Assembly: GCA_943788175.1 (NCBI GenBank)
Contig: CALSPG010000007.1
Location: forward strand, 224,001-288,000
Length of the DNA: 64,000 nt
Direction: 5' to 3'
Source: an uncultured bacterium
GTDB lineage: Bacteria; Fidelibacterota; Marinisomatia; Marinisomatales; UBA1611
A model generated the notes under the pieces. That model did not search any database, was not told the DNA's origin, and saw only the letters and a program-made list of their open reading frames with translations. A program made the position numbers and the translations under genes. Within the stretch, counting starts at the first letter, position 1; each line of letters starts with the position of its first letter. Shown here piece by piece: positions 20,993-30,663 of the stretch.

Positions 20993-21586
20993 CTATAATA
21001 AAGTATCAAATACTTTTTTTGCTTCTTTTTCTAAACTTTCCAAATCAGAATTATTTTGGATGATATAATCGGCCATATTTACCTTGTCTTCTTCCGGCCA
21101 CTGCAAGGAAACGCGCTTTAAAAAGTCTTCTCTAGTAATGTTATTTATTGACATTACTCTTTCTGTGCGGTGACTAATTAAAGAAGATACTACTATAACG
21201 TAATCCATGTGTGTATCAGCTCCAGACTCATATATCAGAGCAGCATCAACAACAAAACAATTATGATTGTTTTCTATTTTAATTTTTTCAAAAGAATTAT
21301 TAATTTTTTTAAAAACGTAAGGGTGAATTATGGCATTTAAAGTTTGTTGGTGAAACTCATCTTGGAAAGCAATCCTGGCTAGCTTTTGTCTGTTTATAGT
21401 TTGATTCGGGTCAATTACATCACTTCCAAATTCTTTGATTATTTCTTTTTGAGCTTCGAGGTTGTTATTTATAATATTCTTGGATTCTTTATCGGCATCA
21501 AAAATATATGCACCCCAAGACTGTAAGAAATTACTTACTTCACTTTTTCCTGAGCCAATGCCACCTGTTAAACCAATTTTCAACAT
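20993..21586 (-). CDS. coaE: Dephospho-CoA kinase
   Basis: IGLTGGIGSGKS, DAD, IIHPYV. Confidence 0.93.
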   Translation of the reverse strand: MLKIGLTGGIGSGKSEVSNFLQSWGAYIFDADKESKNIINNNLEAQKEIIKEFGSDVIDPNQTINRQKLARIAFQDEFHQQTLNAIIHPYVFKKINNSFEKIKIENNHNCFVVDAALIYESGADTHMDYVIVVSSLISHRTERVMSINNITREDFLKRVSLQWPEEDKVNMADYIIQNNSDLESLEKEAKKVFDTLL

Positions 21587-21587
21587 T

Positions 21588-22154
21588 TCATTTTATTACT
21601 TCAATTATTCTCTTGGTTATGTCTTCGATAGTTCCAAGTCCATTTACTTCTTTTAAAATTTTATTTTCACGATAATATTTTATTATCGGAGCAGTTTGTT
21701 TCCAATAAACATCTTGGCGTTTCGAAATTATTTCGATGGCATCATCGCTTCGGCCAGAATCCTTACTGCGTTTAATCAATCTCTTGATTAGTTCTTTTTT
21801 TTCAGCCGTTAAACTAATTGCTACATCAATGGATTGATTTAATCTTGATAATAATAAATGTAAATCTTTTACCTGTTGTACATTTCTAGGATATCCATCT
21901 AAAATATATCCATCCTGACAAACAGAACTTTTAAGATAGTTTTCAATTATTTCGATTAAAATATTATCAGGGACAAATAAACCATTATCAATGTACTCCT
22001 TGGATACTTTACCGATATCAGAATTCAAAGCGATTTCTTTTCTAAGTATTTCACCAGTTGAAAGATGAGGGACTTTTAAATGACTTTTTAAAATTGTTGC
22101 TTGAGTTCCTTTTCCAACACCTGGTGGGCCCATAAATATTATCTTAAAAGACAT
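21588..22154 (-). CDS. adk: Adenylate kinase (short-LID type)
   Basis: GPPGVGKGTQA, STGEILR, LDGYPR, GRSDD. Confidence 0.93.
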   Translation of the reverse strand: MSFKIIFMGPPGVGKGTQATILKSHLKVPHLSTGEILRKEIALNSDIGKVSKEYIDNGLFVPDNILIEIIENYLKSSVCQDGYILDGYPRNVQQVKDLHLLLSRLNQSIDVAISLTAEKKELIKRLIKRSKDSGRSDDAIEIISKRQDVYWKQTAPIIKYYRENKILKEVNGLGTIEDITKRIIEVIK

Positions 22155-22156
22155 TG

Positions 22157-23377
22157 CTATATTATTATTCCTACAATAGAAGCCGTAAGCCAAGAAGCAA
22201 TGGCGCCACCAAGCATAGCTTTAATTACTAATTTTGATAAATCATTCTTGCGGTCTGGTGCCATTGATCCAATTCCGCCTAATTGGATACCAATAGATCC
22301 AAAATTTGCAAAGCCACAAAGAGCATAGCTAGCAATAATAGTTGATCTTTCTGAAAGAGTATTTTTATTAACATAATCACTTAGGTCTCCAAATGCAATA
22401 AGTTCTGTAAGTACTATTTTTTCGCCCATAAGTGTACCTACAATGCCAGCATCTTTCCAAGGTACACCCATTGTCCAAGCAAGAGGCTTGAATAATAATC
22501 CTAGTATATCTTGCATAGAAGTTCCTAATAAACCTAAAATAAAATTAATCATTGCAACCATTGAAATAAAAGCAATTAACATGGCTGCTACATTAGCTGC
22601 AAGTTTCATTCCATCTGTCGCTCCTCTTCCAATTGAATCCATTAAATTATTATCTGACGAATCTAAAATGATTTCAGTTGAATCGATGGTTGTAGGAGAT
22701 TCTGTTTCGGGGTAAATGATTTTTGCGACCATGAGTGCTGCCGGTGCTGACATGACCGAAGCAGCTAATAAATGACCGGCAATATTTGGGATATTACTTA
22801 GCCATGTAACATATAGAGCCATTACGCTTCCAGCAGCTGTTGCAAATCCTCCGACCATAACAGCCATTAATTCTGATTTTGTCATTGTTGATATGTAAGG
22901 TCTAATTAAAATTGGAGCCTCAGTTTGACCAACGAATATATTTGCAGAGATACTTAATGTTTCTGCTCCACTAGTTTTCATTGTTTTCTCCATGACAAAT
23001 GCGATTTTTTTAATAACAAATTGAATTATTCCAAGGTGATAACTAACAGCTATCAGACTTGAAAAAAATATAATAACAGGCAACGCACGAAAGGCAAAGT
23101 TAATCAAAGCTTGATCATAGCCGACGCCAGGAATGAATGAAGTAAATAAAAAATCACTTCCGGCATCAGCGAAGCTGATTATTTTCACTATGAAAATATT
23201 AAAATAAAAAAATAATGCCTTTCCAAAAGAGGTTTTTAATATAATAACTGCAAAAGAAAATTGTAGACCTAAACCCCAGAATATTATATTTTTATTTACT
23301 AACGATTTATTATTGGAGAGCATGTAAGAAATTCCTAGTAAAACTAAAACTCCTAAAATTCCGATATATTCTTGCAT
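22157..23377 (-). CDS. nupC: Concentrative nucleoside transporter (NupC/CNT)
   Basis: NIFVGQTEAP, SYALCGFANFGSIGIQLGG. Confidence 0.93.
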   Translation of the reverse strand: MQEYIGILGVLVLLGISYMLSNNKSLVNKNIIFWGLGLQFSFAVIILKTSFGKALFFYFNIFIVKIISFADAGSDFLFTSFIPGVGYDQALINFAFRALPVIIFFSSLIAVSYHLGIIQFVIKKIAFVMEKTMKTSGAETLSISANIFVGQTEAPILIRPYISTMTKSELMAVMVGGFATAAGSVMALYVTWLSNIPNIAGHLLAASVMSAPAALMVAKIIYPETESPTTIDSTEIILDSSDNNLMDSIGRGATDGMKLAANVAAMLIAFISMVAMINFILGLLGTSMQDILGLLFKPLAWTMGVPWKDAGIVGTLMGEKIVLTELIAFGDLSDYVNKNTLSERSTIIASYALCGFANFGSIGIQLGGIGSMAPDRKNDLSKLVIKAMLGGAIASWLTASIVGIII

Positions 23378-23940
23378 TACTTATTTTTTTGTAAATTAAA
23401 ACAATTTCTGCAACGTGCTTCGTAAGCATCCGCTTCGCCTATTAAAATCTGCTCAGTTTGGGTTGCAATCCTTTGAGTATATGAGGCATCTTTTCCGCAT
23501 TTCATACATATTGCTGATAATTTATCTAGATAATCAGCTTCGCACATAATTAATGGCATTGGACCAAAGGGTAATCCTTTGTAGTCCTTGTCCAAGCCTG
23601 CGATAATGACTCTAGTCTTATTTTTTGCAAGATTTTTACAAATATTAACTAAGTCATCATCAAAAAATTGTGCTTCGTCAATACCTACAACGTCATATTG
23701 ATTAGCTAAATCAAACAATTCACTTGAATATGCTAGAGGAATTGAATTTATAGTATTCTTATCATGACTTACAATTTTATCTTTACTGTAACGGTTATCA
23801 ACTTTTGCTTTAAATGCTTTTACCCTTAGGTTTGCTATCTCAGCTCGTCTTAGCCTTTTTAAAAGCTCTTCAGTTTTTCCGCAAAACATACTGCCGCAAA
23901 TAACTTCAATCCATCCGTTTTGAATTGGTTTTTGATGCAC
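23377..23940 (-). CDS. tdk: Thymidine kinase
   Basis: GSMFCGKTEEL, IDEAQFF, Zn-binding CxxC pairs. Confidence 0.93.
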   Translation of the reverse strand: MHQKPIQNGWIEVICGSMFCGKTEELLKRLRRAEIANLRVKAFKAKVDNRYSKDKIVSHDKNTINSIPLAYSSELFDLANQYDVVGIDEAQFFDDDLVNICKNLAKNKTRVIIAGLDKDYKGLPFGPMPLIMCEADYLDKLSAICMKCGKDASYTQRIATQTEQILIGEADAYEARCRNCFNLQKNK

Positions 23941-23941
23941 T

Positions 23942-24565
23942 TTATAGCTTCTTTATTTTAATTGAATCAATTTTTTTAATAATTTTTTCTACGGAGGTAT
24001 TTATTTTTGAGGAACCCGAAATAATAATATCAGCAACGGACTTTAAAGGTTCGACATATCGTATGTGCATTGGCTTCACATTGTTATCATATTGTTTCCG
24101 AATTTCCATAGGTAATCGACCTCTTTTTTTTACATCTCGTTTTAATCGTCTTTTGAATCGAATATTTTCAGGAGTTTCAATGAAAATTTTCAACATCATT
24201 AGATTAGTTAATTCCGAATAAAAAAAAATTAGGGTTCCTTCAAGAAATATCAATTTATTTGGATAAATAATATTGAAAATATTTTCTCGACAATGCTTTT
24301 TATAATTATATTTTGGTGACTTTATTTTATTTCCTTGAAGTAGCATCTCTAGATGTTTTTTTAACATTTTAGTATCAAAAGAGTCTGGGTGATCAAAGTT
24401 TATTTTTTTTCTATTATCAAAAGATAAGCTACTATAATCTTTATAATAAGAGTCTAATTGAATTGTCGAGGCAGCGCTATAATGGTCGATTAATTTCGAG
24501 ACTATAGTCGTTTTGCCAGCAGCTGTACCTCCACATAACCCAATAAGCTGATTTTTCATTATCAT
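23942..24565 (-). CDS. udk: Uridine kinase
   Basis: GGTAAGKTT, DSYYKD, NFDHPDSFD, RRLKRD. Confidence 0.92.
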   Translation of the reverse strand: MIMKNQLIGLCGGTAAGKTTIVSKLIDHYSAASTIQLDSYYKDYSSLSFDNRKKINFDHPDSFDTKMLKKHLEMLLQGNKIKSPKYNYKKHCRENIFNIIYPNKLIFLEGTLIFFYSELTNLMMLKIFIETPENIRFKRRLKRDVKKRGRLPMEIRKQYDNNVKPMHIRYVEPLKSVADIIISGSSKINTSVEKIIKKIDSIKIKKL

Positions 24566-24945
24566 AATTTTGTATTATCAAATGGTAGAGGAAGTAGAGC
24601 CCTAGAAGAGCTTTTACTAATGAATTTTTTTCCATCACAAATATAAATTGGTATGTCTCCACATAAATCCCAAATCACTTGTCTGCATGCTCCGCAAGGC
24701 ATGCCCGCATTCTCAGTTGAAACTGACAATGCTTTAATAGTTCTATAACCTTCAGAATACGCTTTAAATAGCGCTACTCTTTCAGCGCAACATGTTAAGC
24801 TATAACTGCTATTTTCAATATTGCATCCACCGAAAATTTCTCCTGAGTCTGTTAAGACGGCTGCACCAACTTTATATTTAGAATAGGGTGCAAATGCCTT
24901 TGATCTCATTTTAATAGCTTTCAGGATAAGATAATCTTTAGACAT
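24562..24945 (-). CDS. cdd: Cytidine deaminase
   Basis: APYSKYKVGAA, NIEN, CAE, PCGACRQ. Confidence 0.93.
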   Translation of the reverse strand: MSKDYLILKAIKMRSKAFAPYSKYKVGAAVLTDSGEIFGGCNIENSSYSLTCCAERVALFKAYSEGYRTIKALSVSTENAGMPCGACRQVIWDLCGDIPIYICDGKKFISKSSSRALLPLPFDNTKL

Positions 24946-24955
24946 TTTTATAATC

Positions 24956-27211
24956 CTATTTACAGGTAAAGGAAATCGCGCGATCAGTTTGATTACCCAC
25001 CCTATCAATAATCGTAATATCTATGGTATGATTCCCCTCATTTAGACCTCTGTCTAAATCATAAGTAATCTGCTTTTTTACAGGCTGATATGCACAAAAT
25101 AATTTCGTACCATTTAATTTTATAGATATTGATTTTTCTTTTGGTTCTATACCCGAAATTGTGTCTTCAATATCAATAATAAGTTTCTTTATTTCTTTGC
25201 CCTCATAGTGACCTCCATTTGCAGGGTAGGTGTTTAATATTTTGGGGGGGATGAGATCTTGAATTATTGTAACTGCATGGAGTTGGTCTAAATTAGCGGT
25301 GAGTATATTTTTACTTGGATTATTTTTAGTTTTAACATAATTCCAATTTTCTGATTTTTCATCAAAATAATAAATAGCCATTTTTGTATGACCTGATAAT
25401 CGGTGGCTATACTTCATCCCTAAAAGAAACTCGTTCTTCAAAACTCTATCAAAAGGCTGTAACTGATATACCGAGGATAAGTGGTAACCATTTTTTACAG
25501 GTGCGTGTTTGTCAACTTTTTCAATCCAAATTGCGGTCGGAGAGTATACGGTATTTGGTAATGTCTGAATTGAACAATTCATATCTTTCGATATAATGAC
25601 TGTCTTAATATTTGGTTCTGCAATACCAGGCATAAAGTTGAATCTTGTTTCCCTTGAAAGTTTGTCATTTTTAAGAGATATGTCGACATATTTAACATCT
25701 TCCAAAGTTTTTGGAGGTAACATATCCGATAAAAATACCGTTGGTTGAATCTGGCTTACAGGGTAAGATTTAAAAATATTATCGTTTGATAACTTTAAAG
25801 AGGCCTCTCCTTTCGCATATTGGTCCATTTCAATTTGGAAAAAAATGCCTCCCTCAGTATGAACAATATCAAGTTTTGGATTTACATCTAGCACTGTTTT
25901 TAAAGAATTATGATTTGACCAATGAAAAGGTAGAGCAATCGCACCTATTTGATTTGTTGCTATGAATTGAAAAATTCTATTTTTTGAAGCTTGAGTTGGT
26001 ATTCGTATTTCTAAGTTTTTCCCTCTTTTTTGAGTGCTAACTATGGTAACTTTTTCATCTGGGAGTCCAAAAGGTGTAAAACTATATATTGTAGCCTGCC
26101 GGACTGCTAGGCCACCTCTTTTAGGGCTCATTTCTAAAGTAATATGTTTTTCATCTCTACTAATTTCTTTAATAGCAACAGACATTGGAAATGTTCCAAG
26201 CAAGACTCCCTCAGCATTAGCAGTATTGCCTGCAGCATCTGTTATTAAAATTCTTATTTTATGATACCCTGGGGAGACACTTATAATACCATTATCATCT
26301 AAACCATGGACAGACATTTTTGGGTGCTCAGGTAGACGGTATAACTTTTGATATTCTCCTAAATTCTGTTTTTTTAATTCAAATTGAACAAGCGTTCTCA
26401 CATTGTTTGTTTGGCTATAGGGGATTCTATTATAGTTCAATGTAAAAACTGGTTTATTGTCAATAAATAGCTCAGCTTTATGAAATTGATATTTAAATTT
26501 AGAACCTTCTCTTTTATCAACTGCTTGAATAGCTAAACCAAAGTTTCCAATGACACTTATCGTATCAGCAAACAAATAAGTTCCATTTTTATCTCGAAAT
26601 AATGGCATTGTTTGCACTAATGGACTTGAGTTAATTAATGCCCCTTTTGATAATGGTACTAAAGCTATTTTTTGCATTATTGGGTTGATTTTATCGGGTA
26701 CTAAATAACCGTTTTTTAATGGATCTAATGCAGCATCTGACTTATCTCTGACTTCAAAATGTAAGTTTGGGCCAAACGCATAGCCGGTATCTCCTGAATA
26801 ACCAATTATATCTCCTTTTTTTAATCGGAATTCATTAGATGAAAAATTTGTTTTTATACTGTATCTTTTATTTTTTGCTTGCTGAAGCTTTACTACTCTT
26901 TCCATAATAGGACTAAATTTATCTAAGTGTGCATAAACGATTGTTTTACCACTTATCGTTTTTTGATATATAGCTTTTCCATAACCAGAATAATTAGTGA
27001 TAATTTTTGATATATATCCATTTTCAACTGCAAAAACTTTATGGCCTATGGTTCCTTTAGTTCTTATATCAAGGCCCATATGAAAATGGTCATCTCTATA
27101 TTCTCCAAAATTTGAAGAATATGAATTCCCAGCATCTGTTGGCCATTGAGAATCTTGTCCAAAAAGATTGACTAAAAAAGACAGTAAAATTAGAATTTTC
27201 TTTGTATGCAT
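24956..27211 (-). CDS. M23-family peptidase domain protein, exported, with Ig-like C-terminus
   Basis: FGEYR..HFHMGLD, YAHL, GPNLHFE. Confidence 0.8.
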   Translation of the reverse strand: MHTKKILILLSFLVNLFGQDSQWPTDAGNSYSSNFGEYRDDHFHMGLDIRTKGTIGHKVFAVENGYISKIITNYSGYGKAIYQKTISGKTIVYAHLDKFSPIMERVVKLQQAKNKRYSIKTNFSSNEFRLKKGDIIGYSGDTGYAFGPNLHFEVRDKSDAALDPLKNGYLVPDKINPIMQKIALVPLSKGALINSSPLVQTMPLFRDKNGTYLFADTISVIGNFGLAIQAVDKREGSKFKYQFHKAELFIDNKPVFTLNYNRIPYSQTNNVRTLVQFELKKQNLGEYQKLYRLPEHPKMSVHGLDDNGIISVSPGYHKIRILITDAAGNTANAEGVLLGTFPMSVAIKEISRDEKHITLEMSPKRGGLAVRQATIYSFTPFGLPDEKVTIVSTQKRGKNLEIRIPTQASKNRIFQFIATNQIGAIALPFHWSNHNSLKTVLDVNPKLDIVHTEGGIFFQIEMDQYAKGEASLKLSNDNIFKSYPVSQIQPTVFLSDMLPPKTLEDVKYVDISLKNDKLSRETRFNFMPGIAEPNIKTVIISKDMNCSIQTLPNTVYSPTAIWIEKVDKHAPVKNGYHLSSVYQLQPFDRVLKNEFLLGMKYSHRLSGHTKMAIYYFDEKSENWNYVKTKNNPSKNILTANLDQLHAVTIIQDLIPPKILNTYPANGGHYEGKEIKKLIIDIEDTISGIEPKEKSISIKLNGTKLFCAYQPVKKQITYDLDRGLNEGNHTIDITIIDRVGNQTDRAISFTCK

Positions 27212-27338
27212 GTTGTAAGAGATGGCATCAATTTATTTAGATAAAAATAGATAGTACAACTATAAATAGATTTATTCCATTAATTATTTACTTTATTTAA
27301 GATTACATATAGAATTTATTACACATAAGGAGATTATA

Positions 27339-28040
27339 ATGAAAAATATGAAGATATTATTACTCGCTAGTTTAATTGCTTTACCAAAAACAGTTTTTGG
27401 GATTGTTGGTTTTGGATTAAATGTCATCCAAGATGGTTCAAAACTAGGGGCTTCTTCTTACACTGAGGGAAGTGGTATTACTCTAGCTACAGTTGAGTCA
27501 TTTGAGATGGATGCCCTTCCGGCTGGAATGGGGGGATACATATTTATAGATCTTGCTGGTTGGGCCGTAGAATTAGAAGGTAATGCAGCTTATGGCGAGT
27601 ATAGCTTTACATTTTCGAATGCTGTTACTCAAATGGAAGATATCCCTTTTGGTTGGGCTAGAGTGTCTTCTGGAATTACCGTAAAGAAAAATATCGCAGA
27701 TTTTTCAATTCCTTTCCTAGCTAAGACTGCGTTATCAGTTGGTGTTGGAGTGAACTCGCATAGCTCAACTCCTAGAGCGAGTGTTTCCATGGTGAAAGAA
27801 CTTTTAAGCACTGATGATTTGGCAGCAGAATTTGATGCAAGTAGTCTAGAAGACGAGCTAATCGATTACCTAAAAGACAATAAAATTGATAATAGTGGCG
27901 TTCATCTCCAACTTGGATTAAGGTTTAAAATATTGGTCATTGATTCGCATCTAAATTTTAGATACAATATGACAAAAGACGTTTATGAAGGAGAGAACGG
28001 CTTTACTGAGATTCAGTTTAAATTAGGGATGGGATTTTAA
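27339..28040 (+). CDS. Hypothetical outer membrane beta-barrel protein
   Basis: Signal peptide, alternating strands, terminal FKLGMGF; GGAG RBS. Confidence 0.65.
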   Translation: MKNMKILLLASLIALPKTVFGIVGFGLNVIQDGSKLGASSYTEGSGITLATVESFEMDALPAGMGGYIFIDLAGWAVELEGNAAYGEYSFTFSNAVTQMEDIPFGWARVSSGITVKKNIADFSIPFLAKTALSVGVGVNSHSSTPRASVSMVKELLSTDDLAAEFDASSLEDELIDYLKDNKIDNSGVHLQLGLRFKILVIDSHLNFRYNMTKDVYEGENGFTEIQFKLGMGF

Positions 28041-28822
28041 TTAGTAGGAAGGTTCTGATCTAAGAAAATAGATTTATTCATAGAGGCAAAAAATCTTTTA
28101 AAGAATTCTTGTTCGTGGATTCCACCAGATTCTAAAATTTTACCATCCTGTTCCAATTCACCGCTCGCGCTAACACGAATATTTGTGTTATTTGAGCCGG
28201 ACTCATCGATATTTATTGTTACTTTATAGCGGTAAATATGCGGACCCTTTGGAGTGTCATCTTGATAGTAATTATTTACTGTTTTATGAGTTGAGTTTGA
28301 TGAGTGCCTAGATCGACTCCACCCCTTTGATGAGCCAGAACTATCATCATCATCGTTATCGTCATTATCATCATCATCTCCAAAGATTGCATTAATAATT
28401 ACGACAACGAAAACAACAACAACAGCAAAGCCAAAAATTTTAGCACATGTCTGAGCTTGTTCTTGTTTTGCGGTTTCTTCAGCATCTGTCTTATCATCCA
28501 TATTATTTTGAGTTGAAGGACCTGGTTCAATAGCATCTGATGAAACATCTGCTTTCTTTTTTTCGGTTGTTCTACTCGCAGTTATTAATCCAACATCAGA
28601 ATTAAGCACATCAATTGTATAATCCAAATCTTGTAGAGCATTGATTGATGCTTTGAGAGTCGTTTTAATATCTGCTGAAAAATTTTGGGTCTGTAGAGTT
28701 CTGGATACTGCAGTTGGCGGTTTGTTCTGTGAAAATACTATATTAGAACTTGATAAATACACAAGAAGCGATAAAAGTCGAAGTTTACCTGCTACTGATG
28801 AAGGACGTATTAAGCGCCGCAT
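28037..28822 (-). CDS. Hypothetical exported/membrane protein with D-rich low-complexity insert
   Basis: Long ORF directly downstream of the BamE-like gene; internal TM and poly-D tract. Confidence 0.6.
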   Translation of the reverse strand: MRRLIRPSSVAGKLRLLSLLVYLSSSNIVFSQNKPPTAVSRTLQTQNFSADIKTTLKASINALQDLDYTIDVLNSDVGLITASRTTEKKKADVSSDAIEPGPSTQNNMDDKTDAEETAKQEQAQTCAKIFGFAVVVVFVVVIINAIFGDDDDNDDNDDDDSSGSSKGWSRSRHSSNSTHKTVNNYYQDDTPKGPHIYRYKVTINIDESGSNNTNIRVSASGELEQDGKILESGGIHEQEFFKRFFASMNKSIFLDQNLPTN

Positions 28823-28825
28823 TTG

Positions 28826-29272
28826 TTAATATTTTAAACTTTGGTAAGTAAAATCTGAAACGAGTTGATTTTTATCAAATGTAATAATGACCGTAAGCGA
28901 TTTAGATTCTGTATTTCTATCTGAATTTGATTGGACAGAATTTGTAGTTCCACCAAAGAGGAAATTCCAAAACCCTCTTCCAAGTTGAGCTTGACCATAC
29001 GTGGCTGAGGCATTGTTTGATGATGATTGAGATGTCCCAATTCTATCATAAGTCCATACTTCACCTCCACTTGAATTTTTTGTTGCTATATTTGGTGAAC
29101 CTAACACTTCTAAGATTTCAGTTTGATTCATGCCTTTTTTAACCTGGCTTTGAACTTTTCCTAAGGTGAGTTTGTCTTTCTGCTCTACGGGGACTTCTAT
29201 AATTATTGGTTCAGGAGGGGTACAACTAAACATTATCATTGTAAAGGTAATAATCACTGAGAAATTTTTCAT
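28826..29272 (-). CDS. BamE/SmpA-OmlA-like lipoprotein
   Basis: Lipobox MFSC; KGMNQTEILEVLGSP, EVWTY, LTVIITFD; GGAG RBS. Confidence 0.7.
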   Translation of the reverse strand: MKNFSVIITFTMIMFSCTPPEPIIIEVPVEQKDKLTLGKVQSQVKKGMNQTEILEVLGSPNIATKNSSGGEVWTYDRIGTSQSSSNNASATYGQAQLGRGFWNFLFGGTTNSVQSNSDRNTESKSLTVIITFDKNQLVSDFTYQSLKY

Positions 29273-29344
29273 GATATTTTCACTCCTTATATTCATATCT
29301 AAAACATGGTTTTATATCTTTTTGTTCCAAAAAACTATACTTTT

Positions 29345-30223
29345 TTAAAGTTCATTTGTTATGCAATGCACAGATCCGCCACTTAATTGGTACTGTGAAA
29401 CTGGACATTCTTCTAGAGTAATTTGTAATTCGCTTAATTTTTTTCTTGCAAAACTACTGGAATATTTGACCGAACTTATAAGTAACCCTGGAGATGAAAA
29501 ACTATTTACTGCTAATGAACCTAATTTATTTTTAGAGCCAATAGAATCTTCTTGACCTATAGATATTAGATCAACATTGAACTCTTTTGATAACTTTTTT
29601 AAGTTTTTAGTAGATTTTTTTGAGATGAGCTCATCACAAAAGACTATTGCTTTTAAATTGCCATATTTATCAAATACAGTAGTCAATACAGTATCCAAAT
29701 GAAATGAAGATGTTTCAATCATAATCAATTGATTAACATTTAAGAATGAAGCGACTTCTTCTGCCCCCTTAATTGTATTTCTATTAATTCCACTAAACAG
29801 AATTTTATCTTTAGGACAAAAATAAAATTCACCTCCTTCTGCAAAAACATTATCTTTTATGGATAGTTCTTCTAATTCATAGTTTAGTTTTTCAAGTTGA
29901 TCTGCAATTAGTTTTATTTCTGGTTGTCTTTTTTTTTGAGAAAAATTTAAAATTAGTGCCTTCCCATTTAAGTCGCTTATAAAACCATCTCTTATATAAA
30001 CATAATCATAACCATATTTTGTTTCTTCTAATTTTTTTGGGAATGGGAATTCGATTACTTCAATTTTATTCTTTTTAAGAGTGTTAATTAAGTTGTCCCG
30101 TTCTTTGGTAAGTAAGGCTTGATTCGGAATTATCCCATTTTTCATGAAGGGATTATCTTCGTAACTAATAATGCCCTCACCCCACCAAGGACTTTGTGGT
30201 AAACTGCTAATTGCTACTTTCAT
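29345..30223 (-). CDS. Amidinotransferase/DDAH-like (pentein) hydrolase
   Basis: YIRD, EGGE, FHLDT, GGSVHCIT catalytic Cys. Confidence 0.8.
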   Translation of the reverse strand: MKVAISSLPQSPWWGEGIISYEDNPFMKNGIIPNQALLTKERDNLINTLKKNKIEVIEFPFPKKLEETKYGYDYVYIRDGFISDLNGKALILNFSQKKRQPEIKLIADQLEKLNYELEELSIKDNVFAEGGEFYFCPKDKILFSGINRNTIKGAEEVASFLNVNQLIMIETSSFHLDTVLTTVFDKYGNLKAIVFCDELISKKSTKNLKKLSKEFNVDLISIGQEDSIGSKNKLGSLAVNSFSSPGLLISSVKYSSSFARKKLSELQITLEECPVSQYQLSGGSVHCITNEL

Positions 30224-30227
30224 TTTA

Positions 30228-30653
30228 TTAATTATTTAAATTTTCAACTATGAGCAAGTTATTAATTTTTTTCTTTATTTCATTTCTAGCTATCCTATAT
30301 GGAGCTAAATCTCGCTCTTCAGAATCCCAGCTATGGAAAGGGTCTTTTATATTCCAGTGAATTCTGGATTTCCCATTAGGGAAGCTAGGGCAGGTTTGGT
30401 TCGCTTTTTCGCATACAGTTATAATAATTTCAATATTTTTTTCTAGATAATTATTGATACTTTCAGATTTTTGATTCTGTATATCTATGCCCCATTCTTT
30501 CATTACCTTGATTGCAGCTGGGTGTACTTTTGAAGGGCGGGTACCAGCACTTAAAACATCAAAATTTTCACCAGCGGAATCTTTCATTAAGCCTTCAGCC
30601 ATTTGAGATCGACAACTATTCCCAGTACAAATAAAAATAATCCTTTTCTTCAT
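30228..30653 (-). CDS. arsC: Arsenate reductase (LMW-PTP family)
   Basis: CTGNSCRSQMAE, ITVC...CP, HW..DP. Confidence 0.88.
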   Translation of the reverse strand: MKKRIIFICTGNSCRSQMAEGLMKDSAGENFDVLSAGTRPSKVHPAAIKVMKEWGIDIQNQKSESINNYLEKNIEIIITVCEKANQTCPSFPNGKSRIHWNIKDPFHSWDSEERDLAPYRIARNEIKKKINNLLIVENLNN

Positions 30654-30663
30654 CTATTAATTA

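Noticed and set aside
28342-28378. Trinucleotide repeat region
   Set aside because: Simply encodes a poly-Asp/Asn tract; not an array.
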